A DNA stretch of 64,000 nucleotides, taken from the IMG/VR virus record IMGVR_UViG_3300037483_001818; one strand, written 5' to 3'. A model generated the notes under the pieces. The model ran no database searches. It saw nothing but the letters and a program-made list of their open reading frames with translations, and was not told the origin of the DNA. This stretch comes from a virus (taxonomy: Duplodnaviria; Heunggongvirae; Uroviricota; Caudoviricetes). Numbering within the stretch: the first letter of the stretch is position 1; each line of letters starts with the position of its first letter. Shown here one piece after another: positions 36,155 to 45,877 of the stretch. A program made the position numbers and the translations under genes.

Positions 36155-36232
36155 GCGCTGATCGCCGCGGCGTGGGGATTACGGATTGCGCATTTCGAGC
36201 TGCGTGAGGACGTCCGTAGCCGATCGATGCGT
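36155..36232 (+). repeat. ~80-bp direct repeat, copy 1 (partner at 37290-37368, ~85% identity, 1-nt indel)
   Basis: cggcgctgatcgccgcggcgtggggattacggattgcgcatttcgagctgcgtgaggacgtccgt vs cggcgccgatcgccgcggcgtggggattgcggatcgcgcattcgagctgcgtgaagacgtccgt. Confidence 0.6.
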
Positions 36233-36354
36233 GCTTGACGGTACGATCGTCATTGGGTATTTTTCTTCGTCGGGTTGTAGCGAATCCGGCGTTATTTTGG
36301 CGGGTTGTTGACGCAGGTGTCCGCCATTTACCCGCCAAAGCAGCATGCTGCTGG

Positions 36355-36392
36355 CTCAGGAGCCGCGAAAGCGGCTCCTGCTTTTTTGGATG
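36355..36392 (+). terminator. hairpin terminator (GGAGCCGC-GAAA-GCGGCTCC then TGCTTTTTTGG)
   Basis: seen directly; same hairpin core as at 30109. Confidence 0.5.
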
Positions 36393-36437
36393 CGTGCGGC
36401 CGGCGATGCGGGCAGTGCCGTCGTGTAAGTTTGACGC

Positions 36438-36728
36438 ATGCCAAACATCGAGATAGCGGAGGGCGAGGCCGTCACCATCAGTTTCGCCGGAACAGACGGC
36501 CAGATTACCGTCGCCTTCATCAGCGAGGCGGGCGAGTGTCGAGGGTGCGCCTCGACCGACGTCGCCGCAGAGCTGTCCGCCAAGGGTAGCGGGATCTTCG
36601 TGCACGCCGACATGCCCGACGCCATGAGCCGGGACGGCGTTATCTACCACGAGCCGTTCAACCAGCGCGATCCGCGACTCGCGAGTAAGGCGAATGTCGA
36701 CTCGCCGAGGTCACTCGGTTCTCGGTGA
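36438..36728 (+). CDS. hypothetical protein
   Basis: ORF track; no obvious RBS. Confidence 0.4.
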   Translation: MPNIEIAEGEAVTISFAGTDGQITVAFISEAGECRGCASTDVAAELSAKGSGIFVHADMPDAMSRDGVIYHEPFNQRDPRLASKANVDSPRSLGSR

Positions 36729-36732
36729 ACTC

Positions 36733-37413
36733 TTAGGTCGACTCGGAGACGATCTCCGCGTCGATCGCGTCGTCGAATGACGGGCGACGCCACGTGAGGA
36801 TCGCGTGGCCAGGAGCGCGGGCAGGCCGTGCGGAGCGCGGAGCTGCGGGAGCCGTGGTGACCGGCGCCGGAGCTTGAACGTGGCGCGGGGAAGGGGTGGA
36901 CGGTGCGTGCTCGGTGCGGTTGCGTGCGCGAGTCGCTGCGCGGCGCGCATCCGTTTCGCGCTGGCGGCGCGTGGCGTCACGCGAGAGCGCGATCACCGAA
37001 CCGTTCGCGATCGCGTTGATCAGGACCAGGACCGCGAGTGCAACGGTGCTCGTGACTCCGTGGCTGACCAGCATGACGCCCTCCAGGGCGAGCACGAAGC
37101 CGAGGGCCTTTCTCGTGTCGCCGAACGCGGCCTTGCCAAACTTGTAGACCGAGATCGCGGAGAAGCACGCGCAGCCAAGCACGACTGTGAGCATCACCAT
37201 TGCGAGGGAGGTGTTACCCGCAGACCAGGCCGCCGGGGCCTCCTCGTGCGCGAGCGTGCGGCCGAACCAGGGGACGAGGCCACCGACCACGGCGCCGATC
37301 GCCGCGGCGTGGGGATTGCGGATCGCGCATTCGAGCTGCGTGAAGACGTCCGTGGTGGCGGATCGGTCGACGACTCCGCGGGACTGCTTGCTGCGCTTGC
37401 TGGACTTGCTCAT
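36733..37413 (-). CDS. multi-pass membrane protein
   Basis: several hydrophobic helices; N-terminal region encoded by repeat copy 2. Confidence 0.5.
   Translation of the reverse strand: MSKSSKRSKQSRGVVDRSATTDVFTQLECAIRNPHAAAIGAVVGGLVPWFGRTLAHEEAPAAWSAGNTSLAMVMLTVVLGCACFSAISVYKFGKAAFGDTRKALGFVLALEGVMLVSHGVTSTVALAVLVLINAIANGSVIALSRDATRRQRETDARRAATRARNRTEHAPSTPSPRHVQAPAPVTTAPAAPRSARPARAPGHAILTWRRPSFDDAIDAEIVSEST
37290..37368 (+). repeat. ~80-bp direct repeat, copy 2
   Basis: see copy 1 at 36155. Confidence 0.6.
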
Positions 37414-38288
37414 TGCGGGAAGATAGAGCAGCTCGCGTGCCGATCATGGAGACGCGTAAGTGTCCGTCCGAGAAGCCTGGGTAGACGACCACCCAGTCTC
37501 CACGCGTGCCCAGGTGCCCAGGTACGTAGCGCTCGAGACACGGGTAGCGAGCTACTCACTGCATCTCAGGCATCCCAGGCCAGGCGGCCAGGCGGCCAGG
37601 CCAGTTGGTGTGCGGCGTGTAGTTCCGAGGCTGGCCGTCCGGCGCGAAACAGCGTCCGCGAGACGGCGTGGGTGTCGATCTAGGCTGCTTGTTTTTGTGG
37701 ACAACGACGCCGAGTGCAGCTCGGTGAGCGTGAATGTTTTCGATCGCTCACGGCTTTGCAGCGATGCGTTTCAGTGCTCGTGTTGATTCCAAGATCGAAG
37801 ACAAAAACATCCCACCTGCCATGCCGATAGTAGCGCCTGCGCTTCGATCCTCGGGAGAGGACACAGCACGCCCAGTTAATGCACCTGCGAGCGCCCACAG
37901 CACGAACGAACCAAGATCGAGGGCAGAGCTAACTTGGTCGGAAGCGACGCCCGAGACTGGAACGGACGCCCTGCTCGCGTGCATGGCGTAGTATCCGTTG
38001 GAGCCGTTGGAGCCGTACCGTCCACGTTCGTTCATGGCTACATGATACATTGCTCAAGGCGGTCCCGTTCACAACCTTCACGAGCGAGGCGCCCTTGAGG
38101 CCAAGCGCGTCCGCGAGCGGTTGCTAGCCCGTCAGGTATTGAGGAACCTACCCCTTCTGAGGCACGGCCCCATCGCAAGGCGTGCTGTCGGGACTCGGAG
38201 ATCTTGCTGCCGGCCCCCTCCATGAAACCGTGCCTTTCTCCTCGCTGCGGGGCGCCTGGTTCGGCTAGGTTCCTCGAAGGAGGCATGT

Positions 38289-38747
38289 ATGAGTGACAAG
38301 ATCGCGAGGCTCGGGATCCAGCGCGACAACGACCTGATGTACTACATCAAGGATGGCGACGTCTGGGCCACGCCGCGCAAGCAGAAGGGTCAGCCCAAGG
38401 GCAAGGCCCGGAAGATTGCTCCGGCCGGCCTCGAGATGGACTACAGCCGTTATATTTACTTTCTCGACGGTGATGGGGACGTTGCGCGCAAGGCACGCGC
38501 CCTCGGCGGTGGCGGTCGGAAGGCGAAGGCTAAGCCGGCCAAGGTCGCGAAGCCAAGCAAGGCGGCGAAGTCGGTAGCGCCGTCGACACCGTCAACATCG
38601 GCGCCACCGAAGAAAGTCGGCAAGAAGAGCGAAGCTCAGCTCGACCGCGAGATCGAGGAGTGTCTCGCGCAGGCCGAGAAGGGCGGGAACGGGAACGAAG
38701 GCAGCGACGAGTCAGCCAAGCCCGCTGGCAAGAAGAAGCACCGCTAG
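38289..38747 (+). CDS. histone-H1-like Lys/Ala-rich protein carrying GKKSEAQLDREIEECL motif
   Basis: strong RBS GAAGGAGG; KAKPAKVAKPSKAAKSVAPSTPS tail. Confidence 0.6.
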   Translation: MSDKIARLGIQRDNDLMYYIKDGDVWATPRKQKGQPKGKARKIAPAGLEMDYSRYIYFLDGDGDVARKARALGGGGRKAKAKPAKVAKPSKAAKSVAPSTPSTSAPPKKVGKKSEAQLDREIEECLAQAEKGGNGNEGSDESAKPAGKKKHR

Positions 38748-38760
38748 CTGCTAGCAGTGG

Positions 38761-39045
38761 CTATGCCTCGGGTGTGGTGTGGTTGGGTAGAGTCGATCGG
38801 TGCTCGCGCAGATCAGTGAGTGCGGCCTCGTCGAGGCTCTCGAACAGTTCCCAGCACACCTCGCGTCGGGCCTCGACAAAACCCATTTTCCTTAGCCGAT
38901 TGTCCTGCCACACAATCCACCAGAAGCGGTTCGTCTTGTCGTACGTGAGCCAGACGGTCGTCTTGCCGATCGTTCGTTTCTTGGCGATGACACCGCAGCG
39001 ATCGCTCTGGCCGGTCTGTGGATCGACGGCAACCAGGTCCTTCAC
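38761..39045 (-). CDS. hypothetical protein
   Basis: ORF track. Confidence 0.45.
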   Translation of the reverse strand: MKDLVAVDPQTGQSDRCGVIAKKRTIGKTTVWLTYDKTNRFWWIVWQDNRLRKMGFVEARREVCWELFESLDEAALTDLREHRSTLPNHTTPEA

Positions 39046-39320
39046 ACTGACGATCCTACCAGACCACTACGACGAAGTTGCGTCCACACCGCGGGCTGGG
39101 CGACACTTACGAGGATGCAGCGTGATGACCGTGCGGCGACGACGGCGGTCCCTTCCGTCGTAGACCAGCAGCGCGGTCAGTACCTAGCCGCGGCCGATGG
39201 AAAGAAGAGTGGCGGTGCTGGAGGCGTTTTGCTTCTTCTGGGGATCGCGGCGGGCGTGTACGCGCTTTCCCCGGGCGCACGGCACTTCTACAAGCACGGC
39301 TATTTGCCGCCCTACCGTCG

Positions 39321-39779
39321 ATGAACCACTCGCGTTCTCCCCGCTTGCGCTTGCTAGGCCGCGTCGCCGGCCTGGTGATCTACCTCGTTGATGGTGAGAA
39401 GGTCCGTGATGTGATCGACATTGACTTCACGATGGGCGGCAACGAGGCGCGCTACAGCTACGTTCCACCTGGCGAGATTTGGATCGACAACGCAGAGCAT
39501 GTGCTCGATCGCACCGCGACGGCTCTTCATGAGCTGGTAGAGCGCGATCTCATGCTTCATCACGGAATGAGCTACGACTCTGCTCACGACGCCGCGAACG
39601 CCCGCGAGCGCGCGTTTCGCCAAGACCTTGAGCGCCGCCGCCCGTCGCGGTTCGATGCCCGTCGCGTCGGAGAGGCATACCGCATCTATTTCCGAGAGAA
39701 GCCGATCCGCAAGAGATCGCGCCAGCTCGACAGTGAGATTGCCGCGGCCCTGGCGCGGCCCGATAGGAGTACCTCGTGA
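39321..39779 (+). CDS. hypothetical protein ending in RKRSRQLDSEIAAAL motif
   Basis: ATGA overlap with upstream ORF; C-terminal copy of the recurrent motif. Confidence 0.5.
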   Translation: MNHSRSPRLRLLGRVAGLVIYLVDGEKVRDVIDIDFTMGGNEARYSYVPPGEIWIDNAEHVLDRTATALHELVERDLMLHHGMSYDSAHDAANARERAFRQDLERRRPSRFDARRVGEAYRIYFREKPIRKRSRQLDSEIAAALARPDRSTS

Positions 39780-40162
39780 GATGGAAAACGCTTGTTGCAG
39801 ATCTCGACGAAGCCAAGGAGCGCAAGCAGCTCCGCGGGCGCATTCAGCGGTTGCTTGACAAGTGGCAGCCGATCTTGGGCGTTACGATCGACGACTGGGA
39901 TCTGAGGACGATGAAGAAGTACTGGGGTTCGTCCCGACGAGCCGGTTGCGACATGTTCGAGTGTCGGCCTGGGCACATCACTTTCAACACCGAGCTCGCG
40001 AAGCTGCCACCGCGCTATCTCCAGTACATCGTGATCCACGAGCTGGTTCATCATCTGACCGACGGGCACGATAAGCGTTTCTACAAGCTGATGGATCAGC
40101 ATCAGCCGGGCTGGCGGCGGATGCAGGCGCGGATCGAAGAGCCGCTGACCCAGTACAGTTGA
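39776..40162 (+). CDS. DUF45/YgjP-like HExxH metallohydrolase
   Basis: IVIHELVHHLTDGHDKRFYKL matches the YgjP/M48-like zinc motif; GTGA overlap. Confidence 0.6.
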   Translation: MRWKTLVADLDEAKERKQLRGRIQRLLDKWQPILGVTIDDWDLRTMKKYWGSSRRAGCDMFECRPGHITFNTELAKLPPRYLQYIVIHELVHHLTDGHDKRFYKLMDQHQPGWRRMQARIEEPLTQYS

Positions 40163-40165
40163 TCT

Positions 40166-40825
40166 ATGGCGACGCTTGACGAGCTGGCTGCAAGCATCGA
40201 TGGCTACGTGACCAAGTATATGGGGATCCTTGCGATCGACGGAGAGCGCCCCAGCATCAAGCTACGAAGCAATCTCGGATCAAAGTGGCTCGGGCGTTCG
40301 ACGTGGTCCCCAAGTCGTCCTCACACGACATTGCTCGAGCTTCAGCAGTCCATTCTCGGGGACGACAGAACACTCGAACGCGTTGTCGCTCACGAGATGG
40401 TCCATCATCGTGATGCGCTGGCGATCTCCGAGAACGATGTCGTGCTTTTACGCGTCGGAATCAAACCCGAGGCGCACGGCGCTTCGTTTCGCGAAGGTGC
40501 TGCGCGCATCAACGAGGTCATGGGACCAGGCTTTGTCACAGCGGTCTCAGACAAGGAGTACGTACACGCTCCTTCTCGTAAGAAATTTGTTGTCTTGATC
40601 ACGCCACTGCCGGACGGTCGGCTTGGCTGGACGTGGGCTGCTCGCCTTGGAGGCAAGGCGCAGGGGTGGGTGGACGAACTCGTTGGGCGTGGATCGCGCC
40701 TCGTGTACACGACAGATGAGCGGTGGACGAGAGGGCGCAAGATCAAACGCTACGGGGGCTATTCTGTGCCCAGGGACAGTGAAGACGCTGCGCGGCTTCA
40801 GGATCTCTTCAGGAGCGTTACTTGA
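40166..40825 (+). CDS. SprT-like HExxH zinc metalloprotease-fold protein
   Basis: RVVAHEMVHH motif. Confidence 0.5.
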   Translation: MATLDELAASIDGYVTKYMGILAIDGERPSIKLRSNLGSKWLGRSTWSPSRPHTTLLELQQSILGDDRTLERVVAHEMVHHRDALAISENDVVLLRVGIKPEAHGASFREGAARINEVMGPGFVTAVSDKEYVHAPSRKKFVVLITPLPDGRLGWTWAARLGGKAQGWVDELVGRGSRLVYTTDERWTRGRKIKRYGGYSVPRDSEDAARLQDLFRSVT

Positions 40826-41720
40826 GTTCCTCGGGTCAGAACTCCTGCTGTGATCCGTCGTCAAACAGCACACCGATCATCGGGTTCGTTGGATAGACCT
40901 GTCCGCATCCGCAGCTGTATTCGAGATAGTTCACCCAGCCGCGCCTTCAGAGGCAACGCCGCGCCGGCAGCTAGCGCTTGGGCTTGGGTACTTCTGCCCG
41001 CGCAGTCTCGGCTCTCACGACCTCGACGAGCCGCAGACAAATCCAGTCACTCACGGCTCGATTGTCGCGATCCGCGAGCTCCTCGACGGCACGCGACGGC
41101 ACCGATCAGGACTGTGATGCTCGCTTCGCAGCGTCGCTCACCAACCGCCCCCGCCTCACGCGCAACGTCGCCGATCCGCAACCTAGTCTGTCGACTGTTT
41201 CGCGGGCTGCCGATCGTCGGTTCGTGGCTTACGCGGCGCCCACAGCGAACGATCCGGTTTCCAATCTTTCGGGATCGGGAACTGGGTCACGGGTCCATCC
41301 GTGTCGTCCTTGGCGCGAAGCATACGGCAAGAATATCTGGCCGGTGTGACAGCGCAACAGAATTGCGCGTGCCGCGTTTTGCGGCAGCTTCTGCCGGTTA
41401 CTCCCCTCCGGTATGTTGGTCTCATGGTGGAGAGTGCGGTGAGTGCTGAGTCGCGTACGCACGAACTCGACGAGATCTTGCGGCTCTGGTCGGTGCCGAT
41501 CGGCACTCCGTTGCCGGGAGGGAGCGCCGCCGGACGGCACCTGTTCGTGCCGCGCCGACCCACGTACCACTGCGAAAGGGTGTCGTCGGACAATGCGATT
41601 ACGGTGACGGGCTGCCCGATCATGACGGGCGCGCCGCGCACGTCCGTGTAGATCGGGCGCGCAATTGCACTGATGAAATCATGTTCCCAACTTGAACCGG
41701 CCGCGCCGATACGGCGACGC

Positions 41721-42326
41721 TTAGTCAAGTGGAACTTCGGCCGTGGCGCGGGTGATTTGATGGCGGAGATGCCGCGTGCCGTCGCGGTACTCTTCTGGTG
41801 TCAGGGTGACCATGCGGTCGAACAGCCGGAAGTATTTGTCGCGGGTCTCGGTCACCTGCTTCCGGCGGAACTCGACAGGCGATCCTGTCAGCGAGCGGAG
41901 GTTGTCGAGGCGATCGCACGCCTTCACGAAGTACGGCCTCCAGTCGGTGCACACGTAGAATCGATCCAGGTAGCCCTCCTTCGGATCCTTCGAGAGCACC
42001 TTGACGATCCCGCAGATGTCCGCGCCGAACACGTGCTCGATCATCTCGGGCCGAAGATCGCGTGTGTCCTCGATGCCGTCGTGCAGGATGCTGGCGATCA
42101 CGGTGTCGGGCCGAACGATCTGGGCGAGATCGATTCCGATGAGGGTGGCGCGGCGCACGTGCTCGAAGTACCGCACGGGTTCTCCTTGCGCGTCGAGTTC
42201 CTTGCGCGTCTGTGACCGGTGTGCGGCTTTCGCGAGGATGTAAGCCAGCTCGATGTCGCGGAGGATCTTCGGCGAAAAGAAGGGGTAGAGGCGTTGGAAG
42301 AAACTCTCTCGGTTCTCGACGTTCAT
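41721..42326 (-). CDS. HD-domain (p)ppGpp hydrolase-like (SpoT/RelA hydrolase-domain family)
   Basis: AAHRSQTRK...PVRYFEHVRRA...ASILHDGIEDT HD motifs; ATG 42326. Confidence 0.6.
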   Translation of the reverse strand: MNVENRESFFQRLYPFFSPKILRDIELAYILAKAAHRSQTRKELDAQGEPVRYFEHVRRATLIGIDLAQIVRPDTVIASILHDGIEDTRDLRPEMIEHVFGADICGIVKVLSKDPKEGYLDRFYVCTDWRPYFVKACDRLDNLRSLTGSPVEFRRKQVTETRDKYFRLFDRMVTLTPEEYRDGTRHLRHQITRATAEVPLD

Positions 42327-42438
42327 GCGACTACTCTCGCAGAGACAGCACCCGAGGACCATGGGTACCTATCTACCCGGGCTGCGTGACTTCAAGTCAC
42401 ACGCGACACGCGACTGCCGCCCATGCCGCTCTAATTCC

Positions 42439-42834
42439 TCACCGGGCGAGTTCGGCGTCGACAGCGTCAAAGAAAGCGCTCGGAAGCACCAGAAGACCCA
42501 ATTGCGCGGCCTCCCTGCGCAGCTGTGCGAGCCGCGTCGCCCAAGAACTCACGTTTTGAAGAGGTCCGCTTCTGATCCAATCGCCGAAGTAGGAGAACAG
42601 TGGCTGGGCTGTTGTTTGCCACCATGCGCGGACGCCAGCGGATACAGATGGACGAATGCTCATCCGATTTTGCGGTGCCGGCTGCATGATCTGTTCGCGG
42701 AGCGCCATGAACAATGCGAAGCCCTCTCGAGTGAGAGCTTCTTTCATTTGTTCGCCCACCGTAGATGTTCCCCACGCACCAACGCTTGGGTAGTGCGGAC
42801 TGTCGTAGCCGTAGGAACCGTAGGGGCTGCTCAT
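42439..42834 (-). CDS. hypothetical protein
   Basis: ORF track. Confidence 0.4.
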   Translation of the reverse strand: MSSPYGSYGYDSPHYPSVGAWGTSTVGEQMKEALTREGFALFMALREQIMQPAPQNRMSIRPSVSAGVRAWWQTTAQPLFSYFGDWIRSGPLQNVSSWATRLAQLRREAAQLGLLVLPSAFFDAVDAELAR

Positions 42835-43288
42835 GCTTCCGATTCTATCGGACCAGGTAACAGAACGCTGCTTTTGTGCTTCGTTCCGTTACCGCTCTAC
42901 GCGCTTGAGGGACGGATCGAGGTGCGCACGATGAAGTTTCGCAGGACTCAGTGCGGTCTACCGTCTCACGGGACTCGTGACAGAATTGAAGGCGGGCATT
43001 CGTTCATGGGCAAGGTAGGCACTGGCGTGGGCGGCGTTCCCCACGGCTTCAGTCGCGAATAACGAAGGTCCACCTTCAGTAAGACCGCGTCCGCCCGTCC
43101 ACCGGGGACCGGGGGCGTACCAGCCAGGGAAGCGATCTACCGATCGAGAGGCGCGCGAGACTTCCGAGGCAACTCTACCCGGGCTTGTGTCAGAAATTTG
43201 GGGGCCTGCAACATTTTGCGGCATTGTCCACGCGTTCGTTTTCCTCCAAGCTGGCCGCTCGGTCGTTCGTCGACCAGAGAGGAAACAC

Positions 43289-44368
43289 ATGAAGCATTTG
43301 TTCTTGTCCGCGCTGCTACCCGCATTGTTCACGTCCGCATGCACGACCGCGCCCCCTGATCCCGATGACCTCGACGAGGTCTCCTCCAAGGTCGGGCAGC
43401 AGGGCAACCACGGCAATCATGGCTGCACCTACGGCGTCGCGCGCTGGGGAGCGAATGACGAGGCGGGTCAGTCCAACACGCAGACGGATCAGAAGGCGAA
43501 GGATGCTGCCAAGCTGATCAAGACAGGTCGCCGCTGGCGCCTTGCGCACGAGTACAACGCCCAGATGCCCACGCTGCCGTTCCCGGGGCTGCTCGGCTTC
43601 CAGCTCGGGATCCTTGGACCGATTGCCCTGGGCACGACGGTCGCACAGGAGGAGCAGGTGCACTCGGAGATCGGGCAAGTTGGCACGCAGATGGATACGC
43701 TCGGGCACATGTGCTTCATGCAGCCCGGTACGACGGATCCGCTCGATGCGACATGCTACGGCGGCAACAAGGTTCGCGACGTCGTCACGCCGACGGGTCT
43801 CACCAAGCTCGGCATCGAAAAGATCCGCCCGTACTTCACGCGCGGCTTTCTGCTCGACGTGCCGCGCGCGCTCAACGGGGGCCAACGACTGGCACCGGGC
43901 CGGCCGGTGACGGCCGCAATGATCCACGCGACGCTCGCGGCGCAGGGACAGAGTCTCGACATGATCGAGGAGGGCGACGTCGTGCTCGTGCGCACAGGGC
44001 AGGAGGAGTTCTGGGACACCAATCCCGTGGCGTTCTACGGCTCGACGCCGGGGCTCGATCTTTCCGCCGCACAGCTTCTTGCCTCGCGGTGCGTTGGCAC
44101 GATCGGCGCCGACAACTGGCCCGTCGACGTGATCCCCAAGGTCGACAACGTTCCGTCTGGCACGGACTATCCCGTGCACGAGCAGAACCTACGGATCGCG
44201 GGCATTCCGCAGATCGAGGCGCTGGCTCTCTCCGAGCTGGCCGACGACCTCGCCGCGGAATTTCGGCATCACCCGAACGGCGAGGCATATCAGTTCGCGT
44301 TCGTGATGAACCCGATGCCAATGACCGGCGCCACGGGATCTCCGGCGCTGCCTCTTGCGCTGAAGTAG
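43289..44368 (+). CDS. secreted/lipoprotein cyclase-family (arylformamidase-like) protein
   Basis: signal peptide with lipobox-like LFTSAC; GTQMDTLGHM resembles cyclase-family metal site; AGAGGA RBS. Confidence 0.55.
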   Translation: MKHLFLSALLPALFTSACTTAPPDPDDLDEVSSKVGQQGNHGNHGCTYGVARWGANDEAGQSNTQTDQKAKDAAKLIKTGRRWRLAHEYNAQMPTLPFPGLLGFQLGILGPIALGTTVAQEEQVHSEIGQVGTQMDTLGHMCFMQPGTTDPLDATCYGGNKVRDVVTPTGLTKLGIEKIRPYFTRGFLLDVPRALNGGQRLAPGRPVTAAMIHATLAAQGQSLDMIEEGDVVLVRTGQEEFWDTNPVAFYGSTPGLDLSAAQLLASRCVGTIGADNWPVDVIPKVDNVPSGTDYPVHEQNLRIAGIPQIEALALSELADDLAAEFRHHPNGEAYQFAFVMNPMPMTGATGSPALPLALK

Positions 44369-44629
44369 GTCTCGTCGGCTCGGGGCACGTAACACGTGAC
44401 GATCGCGCTGCGGACGTGCACCGGACGAGAGCGCCTTCGTCGACGAGGAGACCGTCGTCGAGGATCGCCCTCGCGCGACCGTCTTCAAGCTCGTCAAGTA
44501 GGGCCGGGACAGAATGCGCTTGGACCTTCTGTTTTGTTCCGTGGGACGGTAAGCTCGGCTTCCACGGTTATGATTGGATGATCGACGACATCCTTCCGAA
44601 CCGGTAGTCCCTACAGTGAAGGTGACGTT

Positions 44630-45205
44630 ATGCCCAAGCTCGACAAGCAGAAGGCGCGCGACGCGGTCCGTGCGTTCGATGATGGGCAGCTGTCGGCGCT
44701 GGCTGTCGCCGGCCATCTGCTGGCCGCTCTCGATCGCGTCGACGAGCTGGAGGGAGCAGCACTCTTGTGCGCCGACGTCGCGAGGAGCGGCCTCTCATCG
44801 TCTTCGGTTGCACAGAAGGCGTCTGTGCTCTCCGACGTCCACATGCGCCTGCGGGCCATTCTTGAGGAAGGCGGAATTCGCCCATGGATGCAAACGCCGC
44901 GGCACCAGGCACGTCTCGGTCCGTGGACTGCGGACGAATTGAAGATGCATCTTGCCGCCGTTGTTGACGGCATCTCCGCCGAGAAGGACAGGGCTGCCTC
45001 TCCGCTCGACGTTGCGCTTCAGTTGCTCGGCGGCGAGCTGGAAGCCTTCGTCCTGTTCGGCCGGGCAGGTCACCTCGATCCGCCGCGGCCGGACGGCAAG
45101 GTACCTATCGCGATCCTCCAGCGCAGGAGTGAAGATCCGGTGATCGACGTGAAGATCCGCGAGACCGCGAAGAAGTGGGCGATCGAGCAAGAGGGACGAT
45201 CGTGA
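44630..45205 (+). CDS. hypothetical protein
   Basis: GAAGGTGA RBS; ORF track. Confidence 0.5.
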   Translation: MPKLDKQKARDAVRAFDDGQLSALAVAGHLLAALDRVDELEGAALLCADVARSGLSSSSVAQKASVLSDVHMRLRAILEEGGIRPWMQTPRHQARLGPWTADELKMHLAAVVDGISAEKDRAASPLDVALQLLGGELEAFVLFGRAGHLDPPRPDGKVPIAILQRRSEDPVIDVKIRETAKKWAIEQEGRS

Positions 45206-45492
45206 GCGAAGCGCCTCCCCCCACCCGTCTTGTCATCTTGTCTGGCAGCCTTGAGCTGAGCACAGGCTCGTCTGTGCTTGTGCGCGTGATCTTCTTGCGC
45301 TGTCCAGGGCTCACTCGCGACGAAGAGCGCGAACTCGAAAATGTGAGGCTTGTGCTGCACGACCTCACGCCGCGGGTGTTGAGCGAAATCGACGCCTGCG
45401 CGGCGTGCGCTGAACAGACGATCGCCGCGCGCTTGACGGATGACGCGATGCGCACCGAGCACACGTGCGCGCTTCCGCAGGAAGCAAGGTAG
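45202..45492 (+). CDS. hypothetical small protein
   Basis: GTGA-coupled start. Confidence 0.4.
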   Translation: MSEAPPPTRLVILSGSLELSTGSSVLVRVIFLRCPGLTRDEERELENVRLVLHDLTPRVLSEIDACAACAEQTIAARLTDDAMRTEHTCALPQEAR

Positions 45493-45494
45493 CG

Positions 45495-45680
45495 ATGAAG
45501 CTCGGACGTACGTGGACCTGCCAAGGATGTGGCGGCAACAAGTGGGAAATTTGGTGTTGGGACTGCGACATTCACTGGAGCGGAAAAACGTTTGTCGCGT
45601 TGCGCGAAGAGAAGGCCGTCAGCGATCTCGACATGGCGCTGTCAGCGACGCGTCTTCCCGAGAAGATAGCGACGTCGTGA
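45495..45680 (+). CDS. small zinc-ribbon protein
   Basis: CQGCGG...CWDC; AAGGTAG RBS. Confidence 0.4.
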   Translation: MKLGRTWTCQGCGGNKWEIWCWDCDIHWSGKTFVALREEKAVSDLDMALSATRLPEKIATS

Positions 45681-45877
45681 AGACTTTGATGCGCTGCCCC
45701 TCACGCAAGGCAAATGAGGATACGCCCTGCCCCGAGTGCGGGCTCAACATGATCGGCACGTGGGACGACGAGACCAAGGTCTACTGCATCGGTTGCGCGA
45801 CGATCAGCGATACGGTTGGAGGCACGTCGGTGCCGATCTTTCGCCGGAGACCGTCATCGAGGAGTCGAGGAGTATGA
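45677..45877 (+). CDS. small zinc-ribbon protein
   Basis: CPSRK...CPECG...CIGC; GTGA-coupled. Confidence 0.4.
   Translation: MKTLMRCPSRKANEDTPCPECGLNMIGTWDDETKVYCIGCATISDTVGGTSVPIFRRRPSSRSRGV

Noticed and set aside
36060-36650. 196-aa minus-strand ORF
   Set aside because: Contains a frame-shifted copy of the 80-bp repeat and is Arg-rich; probably a non-coding duplicate.
43316-44179. 287-aa minus-strand ORF
   Set aside because: Antisense to the cyclase-family lipoprotein gene; Arg-rich.
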